Shown here one piece after another: positions 43,974 through 53,277 of a stretch of DNA of 56,112 bases. Origin of the DNA: a virus (taxonomy: Duplodnaviria; Caudoviricetes); the IMG/VR virus record IMGVR_UViG_3300020603_000019, positions 1 through 56,112 of that record, one strand, 5' to 3'. Numbering within the stretch: position 1 is the stretch's first letter; each line of letters opens with the position of its first letter. The notes under the pieces are model-generated. The model was not told where the DNA came from. It searched no databases and saw nothing but the letters and a program-made list of their open reading frames with translations. A program made the translations under genes and the position numbers.

Positions 43974-46780
43974 CCAAAGCGCGTACAACAAACGCGACCG
44001 AGATACCTGGTTTAGGTAAACCGCCGGGGGATATTTCTCCGGCGCTTCGTAGGTACCTGGAAAGTATCTCTGAGGCTCTGCAGATTCGCCTCGGTCAACG
44101 CGGCGATGCCCGCGATCGAGCGGTCACGTTTCGTGAGTTGCTGGACTCTGGTCTTGCTATAGAGCTCGGCAGCAACCCGTATCAAATTGGTAAACCGCCC
44201 GCTGATCCTGACCCAGATCCTCCCGCGAACGGTACGCCCACTGCGCCGACAAACTTCTCGGCTAATGGCGGGTACTCGATTGTTACCTGCTTCTGGGACT
44301 ACCCGAACTACGGGCCGCACTCTCACACGGAAATCTGGCGACATACATCTAACGTCATTGGTAATGCTCAGCTGGTCGGCATTAGCTCTGGTATTTCTTT
44401 CATTGACCCGGTTGGGCAGAGCAAGACGTACTACTACTGGGCTCGCCACGTATCTACGTACGATATTGCTGGCCCGTTCCACTCGGCCAACGGCGATGAA
44501 GCAGTAACGGCAGCGGATGTCGATGCGCTGCTTACCGTTTTGACCGGGGCTATAACTGAGTCACAGTTGTTTAATACGTTAGGCGAACGGATCAATTTGA
44601 TTGATGCCAGTGCTTTAGTAACAAACTCCGTTGCATGGCGTGTAGCGCAAGAAGCCACTGCTCGTGCAGCTGCAATTGCTTTACTCGATGACGCTATGGA
44701 GTACAACAATGCTACTGCCTACAAGAAAGGCGACATTGTTGTTTACAACGCAAATCTGTATGAAGCTAAAAGCTCGACTACTGGTAACTTGCCAACTAAC
44801 ACTACGTTTTGGACACTTTTAGGTAGCTATACAAGCATAGGCGACATAGTAAAAAACAACGGTTCTAAAATCGTTGAGATTAATACGGTTACATCGGACA
44901 GTACTTCTGCAGCAGCGCAAGCTATTGTGGGGTTAAAAAGTACCGTAGAGAATCCGACGACGGGGGTAGTTGCTACTTCTACTGCGCTTGGGGCATTAAC
45001 TACTAGAGTTTCAACTGCAGAAGGAAACATAGTATCAAATAGTTCATCGATCACTTCGTTGAGCAATGCTGTAAATCACCCCACTACTGGACTTGCTACC
45101 AGAGCTTCGTCAACGGCGTTGAGTGCTTTAGATAGCCGTGTAACAGCAGCAGAAGGAGTAAACACTTCGCAATCGACGTCTATTACGTCATTGCAAAATA
45201 CTATTGATCACCCTACTACTGGACTTGCTACCAGAGCTTCGTCAACGGCGTTAAGTGCTTTGGATAGCCGTGTAACAGCAGCAGAAGGAGTAAACACTTC
45301 GCAATCGACGTCTATTACGTCATTGCAAAATACTATTGATCACCCTGCTACTGGACTTGCTACCAGAGCTTCGTCAACGGCGTTGAGTGCTTTGGACAGC
45401 CGTGTGACTAGTGCTGAAGGTACGATAACAGCCCAAGGTAGCTCAATTACGGCTCTTCAGAGTACCGTAAATAATGCTACAACTGGTGTTGTGGCCACAG
45501 CTAACGCTGTTAGTCTGTTAAACACCGAGATATTTCCTAACGGTACAGCCCAAGCTTCGTACATTGACCAAGTTAACGCTACAGTTGGCGCTAACACAGC
45601 GGCTATCCAGGCTGAAGCTACGACGCGTGCAACTGCTGATGGTACTTTGTTCGGGCAGTTCACCGTAAAGGTTGATCTAAACGGGCATGTATCTGGTTTT
45701 GGGCTTGCTTCGACGCTTAACAACGCAGCGCCGAGTTCTGAGTTTATTGTCCGTGCTGATCGGTTTTCGATTGCGTCGCCCGGTCAGGCGACAATCGTTC
45801 CTTTTATTGTTCAAGCTACTGCTACCACCATCAACGGAGTTGCAGTACCAGCTGGTGTCTACATCAGCGACGCGTTCATTCGCAACGGTACGATCACGAA
45901 AGCCAAAATTGGCATCGGTGAGATCGATAACGCCAACATTGCCAGTCTTAATGCGGACAAGATCACGGCGGGCTCAATTGATACTGCTCGTCTTACGATC
46001 GACAACGTCACGCTCGACTCGGTTTATGATCCAAGCATTGGCCGCAACCGGCTGAAGATCCGCGATCTCGGCGTTGACGCGGCTCAGATCAATACTGCTG
46101 CTATCAAGACAGCAAAGATTGATGATCTCGCTGTCAGCACGATAAAGATTGCTGGCAACGCAATCACGCAGCCCGAGGTGTACACAGCGAATGATGTATA
46201 CATACCGACCGCGTCTGCGATCATGTTGACGAATAGTGGGGTAAATGAAAGCTACAACTTCGTTGGTTCACATAACGGTGATTACGAGTATCAGTTTCTT
46301 TACTTCGACGAGAATGGTATCCCGATATACGACTTCGTCTTTGTAGGGGCAGGGAATGGTGATCACGTTAGGGTTATCACTTATACCGCGCCGACGTTTG
46401 CAAACGCGATCACCGTCATAGAAACCCCAACGGTAACTGTGGGCGTTGACGCTACCGCCGCTGTGCAGATTGTGTACTACGCAACGCACGACGGATCAAT
46501 CTACACGTACAACGATTCCGGTCAGCATATATTCATGCTTCTCGACACCGGCGTTGGGTATCGCCTTGTGGCGCAGCAGCAAGTAGGACTTCGCACTGAC
46601 AGTGGTGCAGACACAATGGCTTCTCTTCCGATTGCTATGACCTTTACGGCAAGAAACATTACGACTGCAAGAATAAAAATTTTGACTGGTAGTCGTCGTG
46701 TAGATTTGTCAATGGGAAACGGAAGCAACCCGTGCTGGCTGCGTAACAGCACTATCTCGCTGCTGGGTGCAAAAAGATGA
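43970..46780 (+). CDS. Tail tip/fibre protein with DUF1983-like domain
   Basis: FN3-like region, coiled-coil repeats, TVKVDLNGHVSGFGL...FIVRADRFSI. Confidence 0.75.
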   Translation: MTKARTTNATEIPGLGKPPGDISPALRRYLESISEALQIRLGQRGDARDRAVTFRELLDSGLAIELGSNPYQIGKPPADPDPDPPANGTPTAPTNFSANGGYSIVTCFWDYPNYGPHSHTEIWRHTSNVIGNAQLVGISSGISFIDPVGQSKTYYYWARHVSTYDIAGPFHSANGDEAVTAADVDALLTVLTGAITESQLFNTLGERINLIDASALVTNSVAWRVAQEATARAAAIALLDDAMEYNNATAYKKGDIVVYNANLYEAKSSTTGNLPTNTTFWTLLGSYTSIGDIVKNNGSKIVEINTVTSDSTSAAAQAIVGLKSTVENPTTGVVATSTALGALTTRVSTAEGNIVSNSSSITSLSNAVNHPTTGLATRASSTALSALDSRVTAAEGVNTSQSTSITSLQNTIDHPTTGLATRASSTALSALDSRVTAAEGVNTSQSTSITSLQNTIDHPATGLATRASSTALSALDSRVTSAEGTITAQGSSITALQSTVNNATTGVVATANAVSLLNTEIFPNGTAQASYIDQVNATVGANTAAIQAEATTRATADGTLFGQFTVKVDLNGHVSGFGLASTLNNAAPSSEFIVRADRFSIASPGQATIVPFIVQATATTINGVAVPAGVYISDAFIRNGTITKAKIGIGEIDNANIASLNADKITAGSIDTARLTIDNVTLDSVYDPSIGRNRLKIRDLGVDAAQINTAAIKTAKIDDLAVSTIKIAGNAITQPEVYTANDVYIPTASAIMLTNSGVNESYNFVGSHNGDYEYQFLYFDENGIPIYDFVFVGAGNGDHVRVITYTAPTFANAITVIETPTVTVGVDATAAVQIVYYATHDGSIYTYNDSGQHIFMLLDTGVGYRLVAQQQVGLRTDSGADTMASLPIAMTFTARNITTARIKILTGSRRVDLSMGNGSNPCWLRNSTISLLGAKR
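45077..45420 (+). repeat. 132-bp (44-aa) in-frame tandem repeat, about 2.6 copies
   Basis: Units start at 45077, 45209 and 45341; near-identical DNA. Confidence 0.9.
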
Positions 46781-47148
46781 GTTTCATGGCTGTGTTTGAT
46801 ACAGACGGTAGATGCAAGTACGTACTCGACGGCAGTCCAGAGTCTATCGATGTCAGCAGTGAAGCGGCTGTTGTCTACACGGACGAAAGGATCAACCCGA
46901 ACGACGTGTGGTATGACCACACCGCTAGCAAGATGCTGCCGCGTACTCCGTTCAGGGTATCCATTGGGCAAAACAAGATTGAAAGGATACCAGCCGGGAC
47001 CGTGATTTATGTCGGCTCGGAGTTAGTAGTAATGAACGAGAACTCGATTGAGTTTGAGGTGGACTACACGCAGACTGTTGTTGCGACGCTGCTGAATGTA
47101 CGTCACCTAGACAGAACCGTGGAGGTGCCGTGTGAAGCTCAGGGTTAA
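46777..47148 (+). CDS. Hypothetical tail-associated protein
   Basis: ATGA overlap with the upstream gene. Confidence 0.7.
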   Translation: MSFMAVFDTDGRCKYVLDGSPESIDVSSEAAVVYTDERINPNDVWYDHTASKMLPRTPFRVSIGQNKIERIPAGTVIYVGSELVVMNENSIEFEVDYTQTVVATLLNVRHLDRTVEVPCEAQG

Positions 47149-47311
47149 GCAGGACTACGCCGAGCTACGGCGGAATGCGTATCCGGACGTCAAGGATCAG
47201 CTTGACGCCTTATGGAAAGGCGGCGCGGCTCTTGAAGAAATGGCTCGCAAGGTTGCCGCCGTTAAAGAAAAGTTCCCTAAACCAGTTGGAGAAGACAATG
47301 CACAAGGGTAA
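47132..47311 (+). CDS. Small tail-associated protein (59 aa, not in ORF track)
   Basis: MKLRVKQDYAELRRNAYPDVKDQLDALWKGG...; Y..lR..aYP...QLDaLW motif; GGAGG SD. Confidence 0.7.
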   Translation: MKLRVKQDYAELRRNAYPDVKDQLDALWKGGAALEEMARKVAAVKEKFPKPVGEDNAQG

Positions 47312-47431
47312 GAAATGCGTGCTTAATGCTCCGGTTAAGCCAATTAAGATGGAAAAAAAGAAGCCGTCTAAAGGCTACTCTGCCCCTAAAAAGAAAGGGT
47401 AAAATTACCGTCTATGAAGTGAGGGGGCGGT

Positions 47432-47743
47432 ATGCCTGGTGTTAAGCGGATTAGTGACGGAATCCCAAAGGCGTTTAGCCTAGCTGGGCATAACATTGAA
47501 ATAGTTAATATCCCCCGCAGGAAATGGAAGCATGGCAAAGATTGCGTAGGAATGTGGCTGCCAGAGCAGTACAGGATTGAGTTACTGGCGTCACTTAAAG
47601 GAACATACAGGCAGCAGGTATTTCTGCACGAGGCGGTCCACGCAATTCTTGACGTGGCCGGTTACTACGAACTTTCAGCAGACGAGCCGCTCGTGGATCG
47701 AGTGTCGCATCTGTTGCATCACATGTTGATATCGATGGAGTGA
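47432..47743 (+). CDS. Small HExxH metallopeptidase-like protein
   Basis: FLHEAVHAIL followed by a downstream E. Confidence 0.7.
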   Translation: MPGVKRISDGIPKAFSLAGHNIEIVNIPRRKWKHGKDCVGMWLPEQYRIELLASLKGTYRQQVFLHEAVHAILDVAGYYELSADEPLVDRVSHLLHHMLISME

Positions 47744-47994
47744 GTTTGCTTATGGAAGATGTGGTCAATAAGCCGAAGCATTACAACACTGGTGAGATCG
47801 AGTGTATCGAAGCTATAAAAGCTAGCATGTCTCCTATTGAGTTCAGGGGTTATCTGAAAGGGAATATCCTGAAGTACTTGTGGCGATACAACTATAAGGG
47901 CAAGCCAGCCGAAGACGTTGATAAGGCAGCGTGGTACCTAGCTAGGTTGCAGGAGGAGTTAAAAAATGGTTATGGCTGGCGCAAATGGCTATGA
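47740..47994 (+). CDS. DUF3310 family protein
   Basis: VNKPKHY...IECIEAI...GNILKYLWR...EDVDKAAWYL. Confidence 0.85.
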   Translation: MSLLMEDVVNKPKHYNTGEIECIEAIKASMSPIEFRGYLKGNILKYLWRYNYKGKPAEDVDKAAWYLARLQEELKNGYGWRKWL

Positions 47995-48176
47995 CGCAGG
48001 TTGTAAAAGCGTAGTCGGCCGTCTCTTGTGCGCTTGCGTATTAGTGCTGGCATGGCACGCTATTCTGATATAAAACAAAATAAGAGTAAGAAGAAGAGCC
48101 GGGTGAGATAGTTGGGTTTGCTCACTCTAGGCATCCGGTGGAGGCCACACATTGCTGCTGGCCACACCCGGCTCCC

Positions 48177-48500
48177 CTAAAACGGACTGGAGTAGTAAGA
48201 GACGACAGTCTGCAGTGCTTTTACGTATTCGTCAATCTTTTGGACGTCGTTGTCTTTGTCGATAAAAAAGACTGGGGTTCCCCGGCCTTTGGCTCGTAGT
48301 TTGCGGTCTTTTTGCAAGGTGGCAATAGCATCTTTCATTCGCTTTACCATCAAGGGTTCGATTAGCTCGTCTATTAACTCAGAAAAACCTTTGTCTAGTT
48401 TTTGCAGCGCTGGTGTGAGCTGGCGCTGTTGTATCTTCATAGCACGGGTTTTTCCCATAACTTTTTCAAGGACGGTTTTTGAGTATTTGATGTGGCTCAT
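48177..48500 (-). CDS. Hypothetical protein
   Basis: AGGAG SD; last gene of the minus-strand unit. Confidence 0.7.
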   Translation of the reverse strand: MSHIKYSKTVLEKVMGKTRAMKIQQRQLTPALQKLDKGFSELIDELIEPLMVKRMKDAIATLQKDRKLRAKGRGTPVFFIDKDNDVQKIDEYVKALQTVVSYYSSPF

Positions 48501-48504
48501 GTTC

Positions 48505-48702
48505 TTAGGGCTCTTTTAGCCAGTGCGAGTTGGACGACTCAAGCTCGTCGATGCGTGTTTTTAGCTGGTCGATCTCGTAAAGGTAAGCACGGATGCGACT
48601 GCGTAGTTCGTAGATCTCAGCCCATAGTTTCTGTGGGGTGTCGAGTTTATAGTCGATTTCTCGTTGCCAGGAGCCTGGCGGGCTTTCTTTATCGTACTGC
48701 AT
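48505..48702 (-). CDS. Hypothetical coiled-coil protein
   Basis: GAGG SD. Confidence 0.65.
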   Translation of the reverse strand: MQYDKESPPGSWQREIDYKLDTPQKLWAEIYELRSRIRAYLYEIDQLKTRIDELESSNSHWLKEP

Positions 48703-48716
48703 GAATCCTCAGTAGA

Positions 48717-49130
48717 TTACCTTGGCTTTTGTTTATCTTTAAACGTGCAAAACTGTACTATCCAAGAAGCTATTTGATTTCGTGGCGCAGCTTCTTGAAG
48801 GAAGTTGGTTTTAGAAATATTAGTATTCCAACGTTTGTCTAATAGTATTAACGCTTGATTGCTAACACCAACCACTAGCGCAACAGGTTGTGACAAGTCG
48901 TACAACGTGTTTAGCCAGTGTTTTTGCTGAGGTGTAAGGCAAGTTTTTATTAGCGTTGATTTGCGTTTAGGTAGGGATTTTATGTATTTGTATTCGACAA
49001 AGAGTGTGCTGGCAGGCCCCGCGTAGAACGCGTCGGGGACACCGCCAGCAAATGTGTCGTGAATCTTCCACCGGAAGATTTCCGGTGGAAGATCCGCGTG
49101 CACGGCTCGAATAAAACCGTGCTCGTTCAT
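48717..49130 (-). CDS. PD-(D/E)XK nuclease, VRR-NUC/Holliday junction resolvase-like
   Basis: MNE..F...GGVPD...FVEYK...LTPQQKHWL. Confidence 0.75.
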   Translation of the reverse strand: MNEHGFIRAVHADLPPEIFRWKIHDTFAGGVPDAFYAGPASTLFVEYKYIKSLPKRKSTLIKTCLTPQQKHWLNTLYDLSQPVALVVGVSNQALILLDKRWNTNISKTNFLQEAAPRNQIASWIVQFCTFKDKQKPR

Positions 49131-49139
49131 TCGCCAATG

Positions 49140-49862
49140 TTAGGCAGCGTTGCGCCCGGCATGTGCGAGGTAAACGCTTTTGGAGTACTCGTAGTCTTCT
49201 TTAGTCGCCCAGCCGACCCACTCTGCCTCGAGGTTCATGAACTGCGCTCCGGCTTTGTTGGTTACGGATACAGACTTTAGCTTCCATAGACCGGCAAAAC
49301 GGTTGCCGCCTTTGAGGCCAATCATCGAGTTCCAATTGCGCGAGATGCGCATTTTTGAGCTTGAGAAGTCCATGATTACAGGCGTACGGTCAAGCTCACC
49401 GGTTTCTGGATTTTTGACCAGTAGGACGTGCGAATGCGTATCCGTGATAGTGTAATCCTGCGGTTTGTCTTGTTTCTTAATGGCTTCTTCCGCAGCGGAC
49501 TGAGAAGTAAACGAACCAAGGATTCCGCCGCCAGCGTCGCGTGTACGCCATACGACGTACTCGTTTTTGAACAACAGACTGACTACGTACAGAGCTTCGC
49601 CGTAGTTGTGTCCGGTCAGCGAGTTGAGGAAATGACCAGGCTCAGCTCCAGGAATGTACTTGGAGTTGTACTTGTCTACTTCGTCCGACATCTTCTGAAG
49701 AAGTTTGACGCGAGGGATGGTAACGTGCTGACCGACGTTTTCGTTGCCAAGGCCAGTGCCACCATCTTCGGCAATGTGGGCGGGTAATGAATCGCTACTG
49801 GAAGCCATTACAATTGAAGTAGATGGTTTTTCCTTGACGACAGCGTTTGATATTTTAGACAT
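49140..49862 (-). CDS. Putative ssDNA-binding/annealing protein
   Basis: G.G.ENV...IPRVKLLQ.MS pattern typical of the SSB-like gene in such replication modules. Confidence 0.55.
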   Translation of the reverse strand: MSKISNAVVKEKPSTSIVMASSSDSLPAHIAEDGGTGLGNENVGQHVTIPRVKLLQKMSDEVDKYNSKYIPGAEPGHFLNSLTGHNYGEALYVVSLLFKNEYVVWRTRDAGGGILGSFTSQSAAEEAIKKQDKPQDYTITDTHSHVLLVKNPETGELDRTPVIMDFSSSKMRISRNWNSMIGLKGGNRFAGLWKLKSVSVTNKAGAQFMNLEAEWVGWATKEDYEYSKSVYLAHAGRNAA

Positions 49863-49876
49863 GTAGTTTCCTTTAG

Positions 49877-50299
49877 TTAAAGTGAACGAAAGTTGATTTT
49901 ACGGATGACCCTGGGCGAAAGACCGGGGACTCCTTCCCCGAGCTTCAGCAGCTCTCGGTAAGCCGTTGAGCTAATCCTCCGTTGAATCAAACTGAAGTCA
50001 CGGGTCTCGACGACGTAGTCATACAGGGCGTCCCAATTGACTACTTCCGGGACCGTGTCTTCATTGATGGATACCGAATAGTCGCCGTTGGCAGTCCGGG
50101 ATAACCCTTCGCTATCCATTTTCTTGAGCAGCGCAAGATCGATTTCGTCTTGTGATGCGTTTAGTTCCTTGAGTTGTTTGTTTAGTTTGTCGATTTGGCG
50201 CTTGAAGTCAGCGCGCTTTTCGATAAGAGCATTGATGCTGAGCGAGAGCAGCAGGTCTTGCTCTACTTCATAAGGGACAAGTACTTCAGCTGTATTCAC
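49877..50299 (-). CDS. Conserved replication-module coiled-coil protein
   Basis: V.NWDALYDYV...LIQRRIS.TAY.E....GVPG. Confidence 0.7.
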   Translation of the reverse strand: MNTAEVLVPYEVEQDLLLSLSINALIEKRADFKRQIDKLNKQLKELNASQDEIDLALLKKMDSEGLSRTANGDYSVSINEDTVPEVVNWDALYDYVVETRDFSLIQRRISSTAYRELLKLGEGVPGLSPRVIRKINFRSL

Positions 50300-51645
50300 G
50301 AAGCTTTCCTCATAGGGGTTAGTTTGTTTAGGATTGAAAGGAGCTCATCCATACGCTCGAGCTTGCCCTCGAGCTTGGTGTAGACGTCTGGTTCCCAGGT
50401 ATCGCTGGCAGCAATATGTATAACCTCGGTCTTTTGGGTCTGACCGGTGCGGTAGATGCGGCGGTTGAACTGTTGGTAGTGTTCTGCGTTGTACGTTGGA
50501 GACGCCCAGATAACGCTGGTAGCAGTGGTCAGGGTTAACCCGTGACCGGCTGACTGAGGATGAGCGAATACAACCTGGAGTTGCCCGGCTTGCATTCGAT
50601 CGACGATGTCTTTGCGCTTATTGGCAGGCGTGTCGCCGTCAATTACGCCGTACTCTATCTTCATCTTGTCAGCTAGCTTAGTGAGATGCTCACGTTCGTG
50701 CCGCCAGTTGAACGCTACGAGTGAGTGTTTGCGCTCACTTACGAGCTGCATCACCAGTTCGTAACGCTCTTCATGGACTCCAGCAACTATTCCGTCTTCT
50801 GTGTAAACGGCACCAGTGCAAAGCTGAAGTAGTTTCTTGACGCGGGCACCGGCGTTGATTGCATTAATTGTTGCTTTGCCGGTGTAAAGAACAGAGTCTT
50901 CGGCTAGAAGCTTATACTGCTCCATGATGGCTGGCGTTAGTTGTACACACATTGTATGTACAGATTGCTCTGGCATGTCGATGCAGTCTTCAAGACGGTA
51001 GCGAATGTTGATGTCTTTGATTGCTGCAGCAACGATCTGTTGGGCATCAGTCTTGTCGACCCATTCGTTGGCAAAGCCATTGAATCGTGAAGTGCAGACC
51101 GCCGATCGGAAACCATAGAAACGTTTTCCGAGCCGTTCTCCGTCGTCCACGATGAATGTCGGATGCCAGATGTCTAGGATGGTGTTGCTGTTTGGCGTAC
51201 CTGACATGGCGATGCGGTACGGAAACTTAGCAACTATTTTGGCAACTGCTTTACTGCGCTGACTGTCTTTGTTCTTGAACGCTGTGAACTCGTCGATGCA
51301 AAGCGTTGAGAATCCTTCCAGGAGTTTTTCGTTTTTTGCGAGCCACTTGGCTGCGTCGTGGTTTGTGATTACAACGTCAGCGTTGCCGAGAAACGCAGCT
51401 TCTCGGTTTTTGGCATACGCAACTACATGCGTAAGACCAGGTTGAAATTTTTTGATGTCGTCTGCCCAGGAGGCAGACAAGATTGATAGCGGCGCAAGAA
51501 CAAGCATGCGCCCTTCTTTACGCTTGACGTAGGCGTCAAGAACGCTGCGAGTTTTACCCGTACCAGGGTCGGACGTGATGAGAGCTCGCGGTGTTTTAAG
51601 TAGGAAATTAGTAGTTTTAACTTGATGATCGAACTGTTTAAGCAT
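50296..51645 (-). CDS. SNF2-like SF2 helicase
   Basis: DPGTGKT, CIDE, MSGTP, SAGHGLTL, QFNRRIYRTGQ. Confidence 0.92.
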   Translation of the reverse strand: MLKQFDHQVKTTNFLLKTPRALITSDPGTGKTRSVLDAYVKRKEGRMLVLAPLSILSASWADDIKKFQPGLTHVVAYAKNREAAFLGNADVVITNHDAAKWLAKNEKLLEGFSTLCIDEFTAFKNKDSQRSKAVAKIVAKFPYRIAMSGTPNSNTILDIWHPTFIVDDGERLGKRFYGFRSAVCTSRFNGFANEWVDKTDAQQIVAAAIKDINIRYRLEDCIDMPEQSVHTMCVQLTPAIMEQYKLLAEDSVLYTGKATINAINAGARVKKLLQLCTGAVYTEDGIVAGVHEERYELVMQLVSERKHSLVAFNWRHEREHLTKLADKMKIEYGVIDGDTPANKRKDIVDRMQAGQLQVVFAHPQSAGHGLTLTTATSVIWASPTYNAEHYQQFNRRIYRTGQTQKTEVIHIAASDTWEPDVYTKLEGKLERMDELLSILNKLTPMRKAS

Positions 51646-51669
51646 TAGGAATATCTCAGTAAGGTTTCG

Positions 51670-51698
51670 ATATTAGCGGAACTAATACTAATGTTCAA
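51670..51698 (-). promoter_or_regulatory. Sigma70-like promoter with TATTAG-N5-CTAATA palindrome
   Basis: TTGAAC-17-TAATAT on the minus strand, upstream of the helicase. Confidence 0.6.
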
Positions 51699-52371
51699 GG
51701 AAATAAACCGGTTTTTCGCTATGCCAGCAGTAGCCGCAGTCGCCACAGGACTCCGTGAGCCCGAGCTGTTCGGGGCAGACGATGCCATTGTTACCGGCGT
51801 GTTGCTCGGACGCAACAACCTGGGAGCGAAACTCCATGTTGGGGTCGTCCGAGAAGCGGACGCGCCAGCGCTGAGGGAACGTGTGATTTAAGTTGCCGAT
51901 CAGTCTGCCGATCGTGCTGTCGTGGCGATGGTGCGTGTAGCCGAATACTTTGATCTGTGGCAGTGAGCACATCATGCCAAGCCAGAAGCGTACGTACTCT
52001 TCGGAGTAGAAGTCGCCGAGTACGTGCAAACGGACCACGAACCCTGGTTTGTGTTTCTCGGACAGTTGAACGAGTTCATTGGCCAGGGAAAGCTCGAACC
52101 ACGGATTGGTGTGGTCAAACCGATGAGCGAATGGCATGTTGTTGCCGTAGCAGTTCATCCACTGTTCGCAGTGCGATGGGCAGGTTTTACGTTCTTCGAG
52201 AGTTAGGGAAAAGATCGGGAGCCCCCGCCACATTCCTTTGCGGACGAGGGCCCCGAGTTTTTTATTACTGCTTCCCGGTTTGAGCATCTTGCCGTTGGGG
52301 GGCTTGATGCTCTTGCGGTATCTTGTTCGATTGGATAGAAGTTGAACGTTGATAATTTGCAGTTGAGTCAT
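51688..52371 (-). CDS. Gp88-like Cys-rich (putative Fe-S) protein
   Basis: NKKLG, TCPSHC...CY, VRLHVLGDF, YTH, CP...CGDCGYCW. Confidence 0.7.
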   Translation of the reverse strand: MTQLQIINVQLLSNRTRYRKSIKPPNGKMLKPGSSNKKLGALVRKGMWRGLPIFSLTLEERKTCPSHCEQWMNCYGNNMPFAHRFDHTNPWFELSLANELVQLSEKHKPGFVVRLHVLGDFYSEEYVRFWLGMMCSLPQIKVFGYTHHRHDSTIGRLIGNLNHTFPQRWRVRFSDDPNMEFRSQVVASEQHAGNNGIVCPEQLGLTESCGDCGYCWHSEKPVYFLEH

Positions 52372-52478
52372 TTTGTTCTCGTAACTTTTTGAGAAATAAA
52401 ACTATTTCTAAGGCTGCAAGCAACCTCATGAAAAGAGCCATAAGTTCTCCTTGGGCTACGTGGGCTATGTATACCCGC

Positions 52479-52505
52479 AAAAAAAGCTCCTCATTTAGAG
52501 GAGCT
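52479..52505 (-). terminator. Intrinsic terminator
   Basis: AGCTCCTC-TAAAT-GAGGAGC followed by a T7 tract on the minus strand, after the nuclease gene. Confidence 0.75.
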
Positions 52506-52516
52506 AAAAGGAGAAC

Positions 52517-53266
52517 TTATTTAATCCCCCAAGTACACTCGGGGTGCTCACCTTTGCTGTACGGACACCATTTGCATGAGTCTTTGCTAGGCGTCGGGGC
52601 AAAGTCTTCGCAGGTTGTCATGATGACGCCCCTGCGATGGAAGCTTGGTGCGAACTGCATAGCTTCTGTTCTAGTAAACGCGCGAATAGTCCGCTCTCTT
52701 TTATCCAGATACCAAAGCTCGGTTTGCACAAGCTCGATAAGCGGAAATCGGAAGAAAGCGGCAATAGCGTACAACAAGCATTGCTGTGAGTGTTGTATTT
52801 CGTTGCCGAACTTTTTGCCTGTCTTAAAGTCGATGACTCGGACGCTGGTCTCGTCCTGATGCACTAATGCGTCAAGTTTGATGCGTGCCCAGGTCTGCGG
52901 CACCATCCAGCCTACAGCTTCCCACTCTATGCTGAACCCCCATTCGCCTTCGACTTCTACTTTGGCTTCGCTAAACAGGTGGCGAAGCTCGTGGAAGTCG
53001 TCTGCGAATTTGGCCAGTTCTGGCGGAAGCTCGCCGATCTCGCCTTTTATGAACTCTTCAGCTAGTTTGTGTATCGCGGTACCGCGATCAGCTGCTGAGC
53101 TTGGGGGCTCAGGGATTTTTTTAACGCGTTGGATGAAGATCCTGTACGGACACTCTTCAAAAGTCTTGAGAGCCGAATAAGACCACGTAGAAACAGGGCC
53201 GAATTTGTCGGGTTTTTGGAAAGCGTCGTCAGAGTCCGGCCTGGAGCTCTGCGTTAAGTTTTTCAA
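52517..53266 (-). CDS. PD-(D/E)XK exonuclease (RecB/Cas4-like)
   Basis: WSYS....F..CP, RGTAIH, KLDAL...IDFKTGK, Q..LYA, CKWCPY. Confidence 0.88.
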   Translation of the reverse strand: MKNLTQSSRPDSDDAFQKPDKFGPVSTWSYSALKTFEECPYRIFIQRVKKIPEPPSSAADRGTAIHKLAEEFIKGEIGELPPELAKFADDFHELRHLFSEAKVEVEGEWGFSIEWEAVGWMVPQTWARIKLDALVHQDETSVRVIDFKTGKKFGNEIQHSQQCLLYAIAAFFRFPLIELVQTELWYLDKRERTIRAFTRTEAMQFAPSFHRRGVIMTTCEDFAPTPSKDSCKWCPYSKGEHPECTWGIK

Positions 53267-53277
53267 AGTGACTATAC

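Noticed and set aside
47175-47402. 75-aa ORF from the track
   Set aside because: 47132..47311 in another frame has SD and motif support; only the 34-aa basic tail from ATG 47298 might be real.
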